Origin: Candidatus Sumerlaeaceae bacterium
GTDB taxonomy: Bacteria > Sumerlaeota > Sumerlaeia > Sumerlaeales > Sumerlaeaceae
DNA: 64,000 nt
Assembly: GCA_049968255.1 (NCBI GenBank)
Contig: JBMFRB010000009.1
Coordinates: forward strand, 84,362 to 148,361
Reading direction: 5' to 3'
The position numbers and the translations under genes are program-made. Below are positions 21,780 to 32,600 of the stretch, one piece after another. Numbering within the stretch: the first letter of the stretch is position 1; every line of letters begins with the position of its first letter. The notes below the pieces were generated by a model. The model had not been told where the DNA came from and did no database searches. It saw only the letters and a list, made by a program, of their open reading frames with translations.

Positions 21780-23720
21780 ATGGAACGACGTTGGCTTCTC
21801 TTTTTCCTCCTCTCATTCTTGATCATCCAGGGCTTCATGCTGTGGGACGATGCTCGCCATCCGGAACGGCGTCAGCGCGCGCAACGCATCCGACTGGATC
21901 AAACGACGGCAACTCTGGCAGTGGACCGACTTTCGACCGCCGCCCGGCAAGCTATCATCGCTGCCACGGAGGAAAGCACGTCTTCGCAGGTCGGCCCCCT
22001 TGTTCTCACGCGAACGGTCGAAAACACTTCTCTCACCGTGGCCATGCATCCAGGCGAAATCACCACAGTCACCACGGAGAAATATGCGCTAGGGCTGGAC
22101 CATGTTGGAGCTGTGGTGAACAGTTGGCGGCTTCTTGATCCTGGAAGTCAGTCGTTCACCCGCCGCCTTGATGAGCGCGAGGGATTGGAACTCGTCCGAC
22201 GGATACCGCAAAAATCACTCTACGAGCCCGTCCTGCAAAACTGGCCACTTGAACTCAGCTTCCAGGAACGCAGCGCGTTTAGCTACGAAGACTTCAACAA
22301 CGTGGCGTGGAAGATCGAGCTTCCCCCTGATGCAAGTGGCAAACGCAATGTGGTGATCAACTGCTTATCGCCCACCATTCGCGGCGTGCGCGTAAAAAAA
22401 ACACTGATCATCCCGCAGAACCAGTACTATGGCACGCTGCGCATTACCCTCGTGAACGAAACGAGTTCGCCTATCACCGTAACCGACGAAAATGGATGGG
22501 GATTGCTGTTGCGCTGGGGACCCGGACTTGTCGAGCGACATTTCGGTGAGCCTGATCCCAATGTAGGCTACGATAGCGCCGTCTATCGGAAGGACGGTGT
22601 GGTCTATTCGGCCCATCCAGCTCCCAAGAAGGATCCCATCATTGCCGATGGACGCATTGAGTGGGCGGGCGTCGAGGCAAAATTCTTCGCTGCGATCATC
22701 GTTCCCGAGCAGCCGGATGACGCTGCAAAGAAACGCATATATTATGTTCGCGCACTTGTGCCCGCTCGGCACGATCCTGAAATCAAAGGTTTTGTCCCGC
22801 CGCTGACGCTGGAGCTGGCTACATCGAAGTTCGATATTCCCCCGTCGGGTGAAGTCACCCTAAACTATGGACTCTACGTGGGGCCCAAGAAATATGAAAT
22901 CCTCAAGCAGTATGGGCACTCGCTTCAATCGCTCATGTTCCACAGCTCGTGGAGCTTCATGCGCGCCCTTTACTTGCTTCTTACGGACGTCCTCAACTGG
23001 ATCTATAAGCTGGTCGGCAATTACGGTGTCGCGATCATTATCCTGACCATCCTTGTTCGAATTGTCCTTTTCCCGCTCGCCCAGCACAGCCTGAACATCA
23101 ACGCCAAGACCATGGCGGAGCAGGCGAAAATCAAGCCCTACATCGATGCAATCAACGAGAAATATAAAAACAACCCGCAAGAGAAGAACCGCCAAATTTG
23201 GAAGCTCTATCAGGAGCATGGCATTTCGCCGTTTGCCCCGTTGCGCGGATGTTTTCCCCTTCTGCTTCAGTTCCCGATCTTCGTTGCGCTCTATCGCGTG
23301 TGTAACGACACGATTGATTTGCAGGGGGCACATTTCCTCTGGATTCGCGACCTCTCTCAGCCCGATCGCCTCTTCCCCCTAGGCTTCGCCATGCCGTTTT
23401 TTAGCTGGACTCATTTCAACCTGCTTCCTGTTCTCATGGCCCTCACGCAATTGCTGGCTACTAAAATCAGCATGGCGCGCATCAAGGTGCAGGATCCAAG
23501 CCAGAAGCAAATGATGTACATGATGCCCATTATCATGGTGCTCATGCTCTATAATCTGCCCTCTGGCCTCATGCTCTACTGGAATGTCTCTAATGTTTGG
23601 CAGATTTTCCAGACGATTTACACGAATGCGGTCATGGCGAGAGAAGAGCAACAACGTGGCACTCTCCACCCGGCCGCTATTTCTCCGCCGCAGCCATCGA
23701 AGAAAAAATCCAAGAAATAG
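21780..23720 (+). CDS. yidC: Membrane protein insertase YidC
   Basis: N-terminal TM, large periplasmic domain, YVGPK, NYGVAIIILTILVR, GCFPLLLQFPIF, PSGLMLYW. Follows rpmH-rnpA-yidD. Confidence 0.96.
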   Translation: MERRWLLFFLLSFLIIQGFMLWDDARHPERRQRAQRIRLDQTTATLAVDRLSTAARQAIIAATEESTSSQVGPLVLTRTVENTSLTVAMHPGEITTVTTEKYALGLDHVGAVVNSWRLLDPGSQSFTRRLDEREGLELVRRIPQKSLYEPVLQNWPLELSFQERSAFSYEDFNNVAWKIELPPDASGKRNVVINCLSPTIRGVRVKKTLIIPQNQYYGTLRITLVNETSSPITVTDENGWGLLLRWGPGLVERHFGEPDPNVGYDSAVYRKDGVVYSAHPAPKKDPIIADGRIEWAGVEAKFFAAIIVPEQPDDAAKKRIYYVRALVPARHDPEIKGFVPPLTLELATSKFDIPPSGEVTLNYGLYVGPKKYEILKQYGHSLQSLMFHSSWSFMRALYLLLTDVLNWIYKLVGNYGVAIIILTILVRIVLFPLAQHSLNINAKTMAEQAKIKPYIDAINEKYKNNPQEKNRQIWKLYQEHGISPFAPLRGCFPLLLQFPIFVALYRVCNDTIDLQGAHFLWIRDLSQPDRLFPLGFAMPFFSWTHFNLLPVLMALTQLLATKISMARIKVQDPSQKQMMYMMPIIMVLMLYNLPSGLMLYWNVSNVWQIFQTIYTNAVMAREEQQRGTLHPAAISPPQPSKKKSKK

Positions 23721-23966
23721 ACGAGCAAATCGCGCGTCAGGACTTTTGAGAGGAAACCAGCCCTGCGCCTCGCACAAGGCTGGTTTTTGTGAACCACCCG
23801 TATAAGCCTCCCAACCGCTCAACATTGCGCGCTTCCCCGCCTGTTCTTCCTTCTCTCTTCAGCTTCTGATGTCATGCACTTTTCACTTGAGAACTTCGAC
23901 TTGTGATGATTATAGAAAACTTCGCGATGGAGTAAAAGTCCCATAACTTAGTCGGAGGATTTAGTG

Positions 23967-24839
23967 ATGAGTAATAAGAAATGGCTGTCAGTCAGTGCGT
24001 CTCTTTTCTTTTTAGCGCTCGCGTTCGATGTATGGGCCGGTGCGTATTTGCGCGTGGTCTCATGGAACCTGCGGCACGAAGGCTGGAGTGGCGAAACCGA
24101 TTATGCCGGAGATGCCGCACAGATTTGGAACCAGTTCGGCTCCACCTCCACATCGTCGAACGGTTGTGATGTGGTTTTCTGTCAGGAGGTTATGTATGAA
24201 AGCGCGGCCCAAGGTCTGGCCAGTGCTTTGACGAGTCTGAGCGGTGTGACGTGGACCTATGCGGTGAGTCCTGCGCTTGGGCGTTCGTCCTACAAGGAAA
24301 TGTATGCTGTGATTTATCGGACTGACAATGTTCAGTTGCTTTCGAATACGGTGTGGAACGATGTGGGCGACAAGTTCGAGCGTGAACCGCAAATCGTCAA
24401 GTTGCGCGATAAACGGACCCTTGCAGATTTTACATTCATCAACTGGCACACAATTTGGGGCACGAGTACGCAGCGCCAGGCCGAAATCGCGGAAATCGCC
24501 AATGTGTTCAAATCTGTGCAAAATAGTGACCCTACCGACCAAGATGTGATTCTTTTGGGTGATCACAATACCGACGCCACCTCGACGTGGTGGGCCGACC
24601 TTACCTCGACCGCAAACATCTCGCCCCAGGTTTCTTATAAGGTGAACGACCCCACGACGATCAGTTCTTCTGGATCCTATGTAAGCGCTTACGATCACTT
24701 CTGGTTCCAGGCAACCTACGTAACTGAGTATTCCAGCTCGGGACGCGACTATATCGCTGATACGGTGAATTTCTACAACGGGCTATCGGACCATGCTCCG
24801 ATCTGGCTAAAGCTGTACTCGAGCAGCGATACAGACTAG
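23967..24839 (+). CDS. Secreted DNase I-like endonuclease (EEP family)
   Basis: Signal peptide, SWNL, CQEV, LGRSSYKEMYAVIYR, FEREP, NWH, LGDHN, YDH and SDHAP. SD GGAGG upstream. Confidence 0.88.
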   Translation: MSNKKWLSVSASLFFLALAFDVWAGAYLRVVSWNLRHEGWSGETDYAGDAAQIWNQFGSTSTSSNGCDVVFCQEVMYESAAQGLASALTSLSGVTWTYAVSPALGRSSYKEMYAVIYRTDNVQLLSNTVWNDVGDKFEREPQIVKLRDKRTLADFTFINWHTIWGTSTQRQAEIAEIANVFKSVQNSDPTDQDVILLGDHNTDATSTWWADLTSTANISPQVSYKVNDPTTISSSGSYVSAYDHFWFQATYVTEYSSSGRDYIADTVNFYNGLSDHAPIWLKLYSSSDTD

Positions 24840-24863
24840 GTTCCTTTCACACTCACAGACAGT

Positions 24864-24897
24864 AAGGCCGAAGCCTTCTGCTTCGGCCTTGCTTTTT
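24864..24897 (+). terminator. Rho-independent terminator
   Basis: AAGGCCGAAGC-cttct-GCTTCGGCCTT followed by GCTTTTT, just after the DNase gene. Confidence 0.75.
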
Positions 24898-25002
24898 GAC
24901 GTCGCTGCTGCCAGCGACTCATCAGCTTCGCTCGTAAAAGGAAGCTGCTTGCGCCTCTATGAAAGGGTTTCTGGGCCGAGAGACAGGAGCTTTGAACAAA
25001 TC

Positions 25003-26841
25003 ATGAACCGCTACCTTCAATGGCTTTTCGTGAGCATAGCCCTCGGCCTTGCTCTCGTCATCGTTGCATGGGTGACAGTGCGCCCTGTCCGTCGAACTTT
25101 TCCGCCCCAGCAGGCGGAGCGCTCGCAGGAGCGCAAAGAACTTGCACCCGAACCTACGCCCACGCTCACCGCGCCAAGAGTCAACCTAGCCCCGCCGTCA
25201 ACTCGTGGGCGCACTCCTGTCGCATCGGCCCGCGTTCAACCGCCAACGGCGCACACTCTTTCGTCTTTGCCACAGCGAAGTTCTGTGCTCATTTCTGCAC
25301 GGCTAAAGTGTCCTACTGGCAGCACTCATTGCGCTGCGGCAACACAAGGCCGCGTGGGGATCGGAACAATTGATGACGAAAATCTCGGCGAAATGGCGGG
25401 GCAAACAGGGCGCGTCGGCCCTGCCACGCGTGAGGACCTCGTGAACATTCGTGAGTGGCGCCATGCTAACGTGGCAGCTTCGCCAGAGGGCGATGCGATA
25501 CTTGGGCCGGTCGAATTGCCCCTTGCCGATGCTTACCATGTCCTTGCATGGAACAACGAGGCACTCGTTTACTATGACAAGCGTGTGCTGGCAGCTGAAC
25601 TAGGCGAGACGTCCGGCGTCGTAGACCTTGGCGAACTGGTCCCCCAGTCCTTCACTGGCGTGCGCATGATGTTCCAGGGGCAGATGGATCAGCCAAACAT
25701 ACGAGCGATTCTTCACCGCGTTCCGTCTGCCGAGGCAGAAAAGAGCTCTCGCTTCTTGCTTCTGGCGCAGATCATCGCGCCTGAACTTACGGAGTCCGTT
25801 CTCACAGCTGAGCCGATCAGCCTGTCAGTCGAGCAACCAACCATCATCGCACCCCTGCCGCCCGACGAAGCGCTACGTGTCACGCTCCTGTCACCCGCTG
25901 ACGTTGAGGCGGAGCCAGTCGAAGTTCCTCTTGTCGAAGGGGAAATTGTGGATGCCACGATTTCTTTTGACGACGTTTTTCCCGAGGGCGCGAGGGCCAC
26001 AATCGGACTAGAAGGCGAGCTCCACATCGGTTCGACCGGACGCCCCCTCGCCGGCGCAAATGTTCTGCGCGCCCTGGACGGTCGAGGCGAGGTTTACCCG
26101 ACCGACGACCAAGGGCGCTTCCGTGTTCCATCGCTCCCCATGGATCGCATCACATCTTTTGAGGTCGAGACCTCGCGCGGCACCTACGCAAGGCCCCTTG
26201 TCCCCGAGCGATGGCATTTTGATTTTGCGCCGCCATCGATTACGACGGGCTCAGTGGTCCGAATGCGCTGGCAGGTCCCGGCCTATCGGTATCTTGTGCT
26301 CGATCTGCGCTCGCTGGGCACACAGGATCTTCTTGTACTGTCTCAGCCTCCTTATCCCGTCTACGTCGTCGAGCGAGAAGAGAACGGCCGTTGGCAAACA
26401 GTGCCCATCGATTTCTTCGATATTTCGCGAATCGAGGTGGCTGCCGCGATCGAGGAACCGGGACGCTACCGAATGCTTTTAGCAGCTAGTCCGGTGGCTC
26501 TATGGCAGTCGGAACCAGTTGTCGTCGATCAGGGATCCGCAGAAACCCATGCGCGTCTTCGCGATCTCGCGGTGGAATTCAATAAGCTCAAGGTCCGCCT
26601 CGTAGACGCTCACAGCGGAGACCCCATTGGACGCGCCGCACTCACTGTGAGCGGGCCAAATGGATCGCTGCCCCCTATGCGCGTGCTGACCAACGACGAC
26701 GGCATGGCTGACGTCCCCAATCATGGAGTCTCCACCGTTGCAGTGTGGGTAGAAAAGCGCGGCTACGCGCCCACGCAACGCACTCTCTCAGCAGGCGAAC
26801 TCACCGGCGAGGTCGAAATTCGTCTCGTACCAGAAGACTGA
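25003..26841 (+). CDS. Membrane-anchored exported protein with carboxypeptidase-regulatory-like (transthyretin-like) beta domains
   Basis: N-terminal TM, Pro-rich linker, GRPLAGANV...TDDQGRFRV and GDPIGRAALTV...TNDDG...VEKRGYAP. AGGAG precedes ATG 25003. Confidence 0.65.
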   Translation: MNRYLQWLFVSIALGLALVIVAWVTVRPVRRTFPPQQAERSQERKELAPEPTPTLTAPRVNLAPPSTRGRTPVASARVQPPTAHTLSSLPQRSSVLISARLKCPTGSTHCAAATQGRVGIGTIDDENLGEMAGQTGRVGPATREDLVNIREWRHANVAASPEGDAILGPVELPLADAYHVLAWNNEALVYYDKRVLAAELGETSGVVDLGELVPQSFTGVRMMFQGQMDQPNIRAILHRVPSAEAEKSSRFLLLAQIIAPELTESVLTAEPISLSVEQPTIIAPLPPDEALRVTLLSPADVEAEPVEVPLVEGEIVDATISFDDVFPEGARATIGLEGELHIGSTGRPLAGANVLRALDGRGEVYPTDDQGRFRVPSLPMDRITSFEVETSRGTYARPLVPERWHFDFAPPSITTGSVVRMRWQVPAYRYLVLDLRSLGTQDLLVLSQPPYPVYVVEREENGRWQTVPIDFFDISRIEVAAAIEEPGRYRMLLAASPVALWQSEPVVVDQGSAETHARLRDLAVEFNKLKVRLVDAHSGDPIGRAALTVSGPNGSLPPMRVLTNDDGMADVPNHGVSTVAVWVEKRGYAPTQRTLSAGELTGEVEIRLVPED

Positions 26842-27039
26842 GCGATTCGTGGCAAGTTAAAGACCATCAATGAAACAATCGTAGTAAATTCAAGTTCAAT
26901 GTGGCTCTGTGGGGCATCCACGTCGCCCACGCATTGCCCAGCTTCTGCATTAAGGTTGACGCAACGAATCGTTCTCGTGGCCGGCGTTGAAGGAAAAGGG
27001 GGCGAACATGTGTCTACCGCGATTCCCAAAAAGGAAAGC

Positions 27040-27116
27040 TGGTACCCGGTACGGGATTCGAACCCGTGATCTTCGCCGTGAGAGGGCGATGTCCTGGACC
27101 GCTAGACGAACCGGGC
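27040..27116 (-). tRNA. tRNA-Glu(CTC)
   Basis: Minus strand reads GCCCGGTTCGTCTAGCGGTCCAGGACATCGCC-CTCTCAC-GGCGAAGATCACGGGTTCGAATCCCGTACCGGGTACCA. Cloverleaf with encoded CCA. Confidence 0.97.
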
Positions 27117-27256
27117 ACGAGGGTGATCGCACAAATCATACAAAAGTGCTCAGACACCTATTCGCCGCGGAAAAGCCTTTGTCCATGATATTATGCTACC
27201 ATGTTATAAGCATGTTTTTGCCCACATGCAAAAGCGTCTTCCGCCACATGAGCGCT

Positions 27257-27300
27257 AAAAAAAAAACGGAGGCGGAGCCGCCGCGATCGGCTCCGCCTCT
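27257..27300 (-). terminator. Rho-independent terminator ending the glycan-utilisation operon
   Basis: 12-bp stem GAGGCGGAGCCG/CGGCTCCGCCTC followed by a 10-nt U-tract on the minus strand. Confidence 0.85.
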
Positions 27301-27334
27301 TCTCGGGAGGGGTAAGGGAGGTAAGGGGAAATTA

Positions 27335-28492
27335 TTAGTAGAGGCTCCAGTCGGACACACCGGCTTTTTGCACTTTGATGTTGTCGAAGCTCACATTGAA
27401 CGTGCCACCTGTGCCGGTGCCATTGTTCGATAAACCCAGCCGCCATTCAACGATGTGCGACAAGTCAAGCCCAGGGGTCGAGCCAGCCTGCTGTACATAC
27501 CAGCTCGCAGGATTGCCAAAGCTCACTGTTGTCCATCCGCTCGATGTTGGCACGGCTTGGTCTGTGGTGGCCAAATACGTCCCGTCAGCATCGATCAGCC
27601 CCAACCAGATCTGCTGATTCGTCGCAGCCGGGTCGCCTTTTACATCCACGAGGACGTTAGCTGCGCCGCTGATATTCGCTGCTTGGCTAATCCGGCGTGC
27701 AATTTGAGCTGTAACCCAGGCAGTGTTGCCCATGGTAAATGTGCCTTTGATGGCATAATCTCCAGGGCTGCCAGAGACACCGATGGCGGAGTCAGCGACC
27801 ACACTGCAACCTGAATCCACAGTTCCCGGGTGGGTGCGCTCCTGCGCATTAGCTGTGGAATCAAAAATATCGCAGTTATCGAGCACCGCGTTGAAGGGCG
27901 GGACTCCAGGGTCCGGCTCGAGTGTGTAAGTAACGGCGCCAACGGTGTCCCAGTTGGAACTATCGCCGACCACAAGCTGAATAGTCGAGCCAAGTCCACC
28001 GGGGAACGCAGCGGAGATGTCGCCAGGAATCAGTGTGTTGAGGGGGATAGAAATTTCGACATTGGTTGCAGCCTGCCAGGGGTAAAATGCAGCAACACTC
28101 GCGGGGGTTGCTGAACCATTATTGAAGGTTGCTGTAGTTTCGCCGTACATCGAGGCGCCAGCGACCAACAGATCCGAGCCGATTCCCGAGGCGAAGAGAT
28201 TATACCCTGTACTTGAGGTATTATCCCCATCGATGCCGATGAGGTCGTTGCCACTGAAGGCCACCGAGTTGTAGCTTTCGATGCGCACGTAGAGATTGGT
28301 TGCATCGTTAGCCACATAGATGGCCTTCAAGTCGCGGCCGGAGCTCTGATCCTGAGCATCCGTCCCCAAGGGGGCAATGCCATACCAGTCGTCGGCGTAA
28401 CCATCGACTCCGATACTGGCAAATGTTCCTGCAAACGTCGTTGCAGAGAGAGCTAGAGCTAGAGTTGCGATGAGGGTAACGCGTGTATTCAT
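27335..28492 (-). CDS. Secreted two-domain, probably carbohydrate-binding protein with a VSDWSLY tail
   Basis: SD AAGGAG, signal peptide, DG..DDW / IDGDNTSSTGY domain and a CBM-like jelly-roll domain. Paralogous to the N-terminal half of 43914-46409. Confidence 0.75.
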   Translation of the reverse strand: MNTRVTLIATLALALSATTFAGTFASIGVDGYADDWYGIAPLGTDAQDQSSGRDLKAIYVANDATNLYVRIESYNSVAFSGNDLIGIDGDNTSSTGYNLFASGIGSDLLVAGASMYGETTATFNNGSATPASVAAFYPWQAATNVEISIPLNTLIPGDISAAFPGGLGSTIQLVVGDSSNWDTVGAVTYTLEPDPGVPPFNAVLDNCDIFDSTANAQERTHPGTVDSGCSVVADSAIGVSGSPGDYAIKGTFTMGNTAWVTAQIARRISQAANISGAANVLVDVKGDPAATNQQIWLGLIDADGTYLATTDQAVPTSSGWTTVSFGNPASWYVQQAGSTPGLDLSHIVEWRLGLSNNGTGTGGTFNVSFDNIKVQKAGVSDWSLY

Positions 28493-28540
28493 GGTTCTCA
28501 CTCCTTTTAATCTTTCGTAAAAATGTGTCAGTCTGCTTCG

Positions 28541-29692
28541 TTACAATTCGTCAGCGACATTGTCGTTTAACGGAAGCCAGTCATCGCTGTTCACCTCCTT
28601 TCGGAGAAGCTTGCAAAGCTCGGCGGAAAAGCCGAGAAGGCCAGGTATACACCACATGTTTTCAGGATGGCAATGGGGCGGCGCATTTTGCTGCATAATA
28701 GCATAGGCGATTGCCCAGCCATGCCGGCGAAAAAATGCCTCGTTGTGGGCTCGCGTACACCCCGTGCGAGGGGGAACAATAGCTTCACCCGCCATTTCAA
28801 TGACCCCCACGCCTTCGCTCTTGATCTGCTTCAAACGTGGCGAAGACACGTAAAGAGGGTGACGGAAAATAAGATGAACGATAAGCTTGCCCTCATCCAT
28901 GCGCATAAGGTAGTTGAACGTACATTTTCCCACGTCGAGCTGCTTCCATTTCGCGACGATTTTTGAGGCCAAGGCCAAGACGGCTTTCGCTGTGCCTTTG
29001 AGTCGAGCGACCGGTGCAGGCCAATCGAGTAGCTCAATTTCAACGTCTTCCTGAGTTCGACATTCGAGAGGGCGAGCTTGCTCCAGGGGCAACAAAAGCG
29101 ATCGGAAGATCTGAAAATGATGATGTCCCAACACCGAGGCTCCTGCCCAGGCCACGTCGCTGTTCGAGGCAAGAAGCCAGTGCGGGGCTTGGCGTACGAA
29201 GGCGGCAGCTTCCCTCAACGATTGCTCATTCACTCGCATCGGCTCGTGAGCACGCAAATTGAGCACAAAATGACCAGGATGCAGCGGGAATGGCGTTGGG
29301 TGCGCAAAGTACGGCGTGCCCGCCAAATCGCATTCCAATACGCGGAGCTTTTCCTTACCGGGAGAACCGATGTTCTCGTAACATAGCGGACACGTTTGCG
29401 CCCGCGCGCCTTCCGGCAGACGATAGCTCAGGCGCGAGTAATTGACCTGCAGTCTGAGGCTGGGCAAATTCTCACGCGGTGCAAAATCGAGAAAAATGTT
29501 TGTCTCCGTAAGATGGTCGAAATAACCAACCGAGGCGAGCCACATTTCCAGCTCGTGCAAAGCCGCCTCGAGTCCTTGTGCCCGGTAGAAAGCTCCAAGC
29601 AACTTCTGCACGTCCGCCTGTTCGAGGAGCTGGCCTTGGGGGAGGACCTCATGCAGTTTGGATGCCGCGCTCATGAGCATCTCCTCGGTCAT
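28541..29692 (-). CDS. galT: Class II (Firmicutes-type) hexose-1-phosphate uridylyltransferase, GalT-like
   Basis: CPLCYEN, HEPMRV, ASNSDVAWAGASVLGHHHFQ (cf. [20 protein letters not shown]) and IKSEGVGVIEMAG (cf. IKKENIGLIEVMG). Confidence 0.75.
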   Translation of the reverse strand: MTEEMLMSAASKLHEVLPQGQLLEQADVQKLLGAFYRAQGLEAALHELEMWLASVGYFDHLTETNIFLDFAPRENLPSLRLQVNYSRLSYRLPEGARAQTCPLCYENIGSPGKEKLRVLECDLAGTPYFAHPTPFPLHPGHFVLNLRAHEPMRVNEQSLREAAAFVRQAPHWLLASNSDVAWAGASVLGHHHFQIFRSLLLPLEQARPLECRTQEDVEIELLDWPAPVARLKGTAKAVLALASKIVAKWKQLDVGKCTFNYLMRMDEGKLIVHLIFRHPLYVSSPRLKQIKSEGVGVIEMAGEAIVPPRTGCTRAHNEAFFRRHGWAIAYAIMQQNAPPHCHPENMWCIPGLLGFSAELCKLLRKEVNSDDWLPLNDNVADEL

Positions 29693-32600
29693 CGCGCTTC
29701 GACCTCCCGGAGCCAGAGTATGCCTTTTCTGCGTGGGGGACCGTCGCCTGCCGCTTGATAGATCCGCAGAGCCGAAGCCTCGATCGGCGGGAAGCTTACC
29801 ACGGATTCAGGAGTCTCTTCCTGCGTCTCCGCCACGCCCACCGTTTTCCACTCAGCGGAACCCAAAGGCCGGACCTGGATTTCCACCTTTTTCGAGCTCC
29901 AGTAGTGGCCGTCGTCGAAGGCCCAGTAGAGTCTAACCTCCTGGAGGACGGCAGGCTCGGGAAACTCGAACTGGGCCCAATGGGGAACACTGCCCTCATC
30001 ACTGGCCCACGCCGCATTAGCCCAATCAATGCCAGTGGTGGAGGTGGCCCCGTCATTCAGCGGTTTCTCTGAGTAACCGAGATAGCAAGAATCCACAAGC
30101 ACCTGGAGGTCGGACCTGCGGAGAATCGAAGCCTTTTGTGCCAGAATTGTCACAGGGATCTCAACCTGCGTGAATGTGCCATTCTGATGACGGAAGGCCA
30201 AATTCAGCAGGCACTTCGCGTCCTCACTGACGGGGCGCTTTCCCTCAAGCTTGACTTCTATTTTTGCGTGGCCTTCGGCATCAAGTTTGATCGGCGCTAC
30301 GGGACCAACGCGCAATTCGTTACACCCGGACGATGCAACCAGAGAGACGTCTATCGGTTTGTTCAAATTATTGATCAGTTCTATATCGAGGATCGCCTTG
30401 TCGCCAAGGACGACCTTGTTCGGAATCCCCGTGACAAGAATAGGAGGAAGCACCGGCACCGTCGTCACATAGTAAGGCGCCAGGCTGTTGGCATCAGTAT
30501 TAGCAATCCGCCAGGTGAGGAAGGTGCCTGGTTGCGCGTCGCGGGGAATGGTGATCGTGAATTGCTTGCTCGCGGTTCTTTGCAAACCATGGGCTGGGCC
30601 GAGAGCCCACTCGAACGAAAGCTCCTGGTGCCGGCTGTTCCCAACTAACTCGATGGTATAGACCGTGCCCGGAACGGCAGCTTTTGGGTAGTTCGCCGCG
30701 AAGCTCTGCTTGCTTACGAGTTCTTCGCGGGCAGCCGCAAGGCTTAGCCATGCCGAGAAAGCTCGAAGCCACTCTTCCCGGTAAAGCTCAGGCAATGTTG
30801 GTAACGTCTCTGCAAGAAGCTGGCGCAACTCTGCACTGCGCTGCGGATCTGCGCTCAACGTGGCGATTTGCTTTGCGATGTCTGCACTCAAGTGCCCATA
30901 CCGCACCTGCTTGCGCGACAGAAACTCGATCTCCTCCAATTGCTCAGCTATAGCTGTGCTCAGAGCGTCCTGATCTCGTCTCACGAATTGCAGCGCCACC
31001 GATCGGTGGGCTCCCACAGGGCAATCGACCGTGGTGACTTTCCCGCTGGCAAGCATTTGCCCGCTGAGCGCTTCAAGAACAACGTACGGACTATCGCCCG
31101 TAAGGCGCGGATCCAATCTGACCTTTACAGGAACAGTCGTTTCGGCCGTGTTGAAGAGAGTGAGATAAAAGTTTGGTGCGGCTAATAGGCCTGACAGCCA
31201 CGGGCCACCTCCCCAACGTTCGACGAGGACACTTGACGCGTCGACCGAAGCCAACGTCACGGGCTCCCATCCTGCTGCCGTCGTTCGTTGCTGCACTCGC
31301 ATGTACTTCAGGAAGAGAGGCCGATCCTCGTTATAGAGCGTCGGCTGCTCCCAATAGGGGTTGTTAGCCGCATCATGACTGAAAAAACCGGGCCAAAAAC
31401 CGTAATGGAAACAATGCGCAAAGTATTCCTCGACTTTTTCGCCACGAAAATCGGCGAATGCCACATTGAGAAGGAAACAATAGGGCTTGTGGTAGAGCAT
31501 CGTGCGGATAAAGTCGAGGTTTTCTGTTCGCGCCCAATGCCCCCAGGGAGTTTCGATCCCAAGAATGTCGAGAAAATGCACACTCCACGGCCATTGATAA
31601 AGCGCCGTGTTGGCCATCAAAAGGGCTCCGCGCTCGTGAAGCCTTCGCCCCACCTCTGCCGCAAATTCGAAGTTGTGCATCATGATGACTTGAGCGGCGG
31701 CCCCTGATTCGCCATCAAACGTGAGGGGAAAATCTGAGGCAACCAGATGCTCATGACGGAAATTCAATCGGTACGAATCCCAACCCTCGAAGCTGTCCAT
31801 GTAGAGTCCGGCTGGCATTTCGGGATCGAAAGTCCCCTGCTCGAAGTCTGCGTTCGCTAATGGCAGCGAGGACGATTGAACCTTCGCAATCCAGACCTCT
31901 CCTGAGGGGGCTGCGAGGCGTAGCCCTTTCAGCTTCTGCTGCGGAAGCACAAATTGATATTCACGGAATGTGCCTGCGAGAACCTCTTCCCCCACGGTCA
32001 AGGTTCCATTTTCCGTGAGAACATCGATTTTTAGCCGGCCGTTTTGGCGTCCTTTGGCCGTAACTCGGAGAGTCTCGCCGGCAGGAGAAGCCACGACCTC
32101 CTTGAATTTTTGCGTAATGTTTTCCCCCGTCGCTAGATAAACAGCACGTCCTCGCGCGCCCACAACACCGTCGGTCAAAACGCCGCCACCCACCCACTCG
32201 GCGGGAGAGTCGTTGGCGCGGCGTCGCATGAGCTCGATGTACGGATTCCAGTTGAGATCAAACGCTGTGACTGGATTTTTGTCAGTCCGCAGCAAATCCG
32301 GATCGCAGTTGGTAGGAATCCTTGCCCCTTTTGCCCAAGGCGTGTTGACCCATTCGAGCAAAAGTTGTCCCTGAGCATCGAAGGCTGCTCCCGAACGCAC
32401 CGCGGACCCTTGCGGTGTGTCGAGTGATGCAAGGTAGTCGTTTAGCTTACTCAGTTGTCTCGGGAACGAATCCTCCAACGAGATGTATTGCACGGGCGGT
32501 TCGCAGTAAACTAGGGGTTTGACCCCATTCGCATGATCCCAAGCCACCGACACATCCGGATGATACTCGTGGAAAGCGAAACCAAAATCCTCCACCCGCT

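Noticed and set aside
23964-27116. Genomic island integrated at tRNA-Glu (or at tRNA-Ser near 59952)
   Set aside because: No integrase, and I found no duplicated tRNA 3' end or phage/plasmid genes.
27181-27213. dif-like site (ATATTATGCTA)
   Set aside because: Only a partial XerD-arm match with no XerC arm. More likely part of the AT-rich tRNA promoter region.
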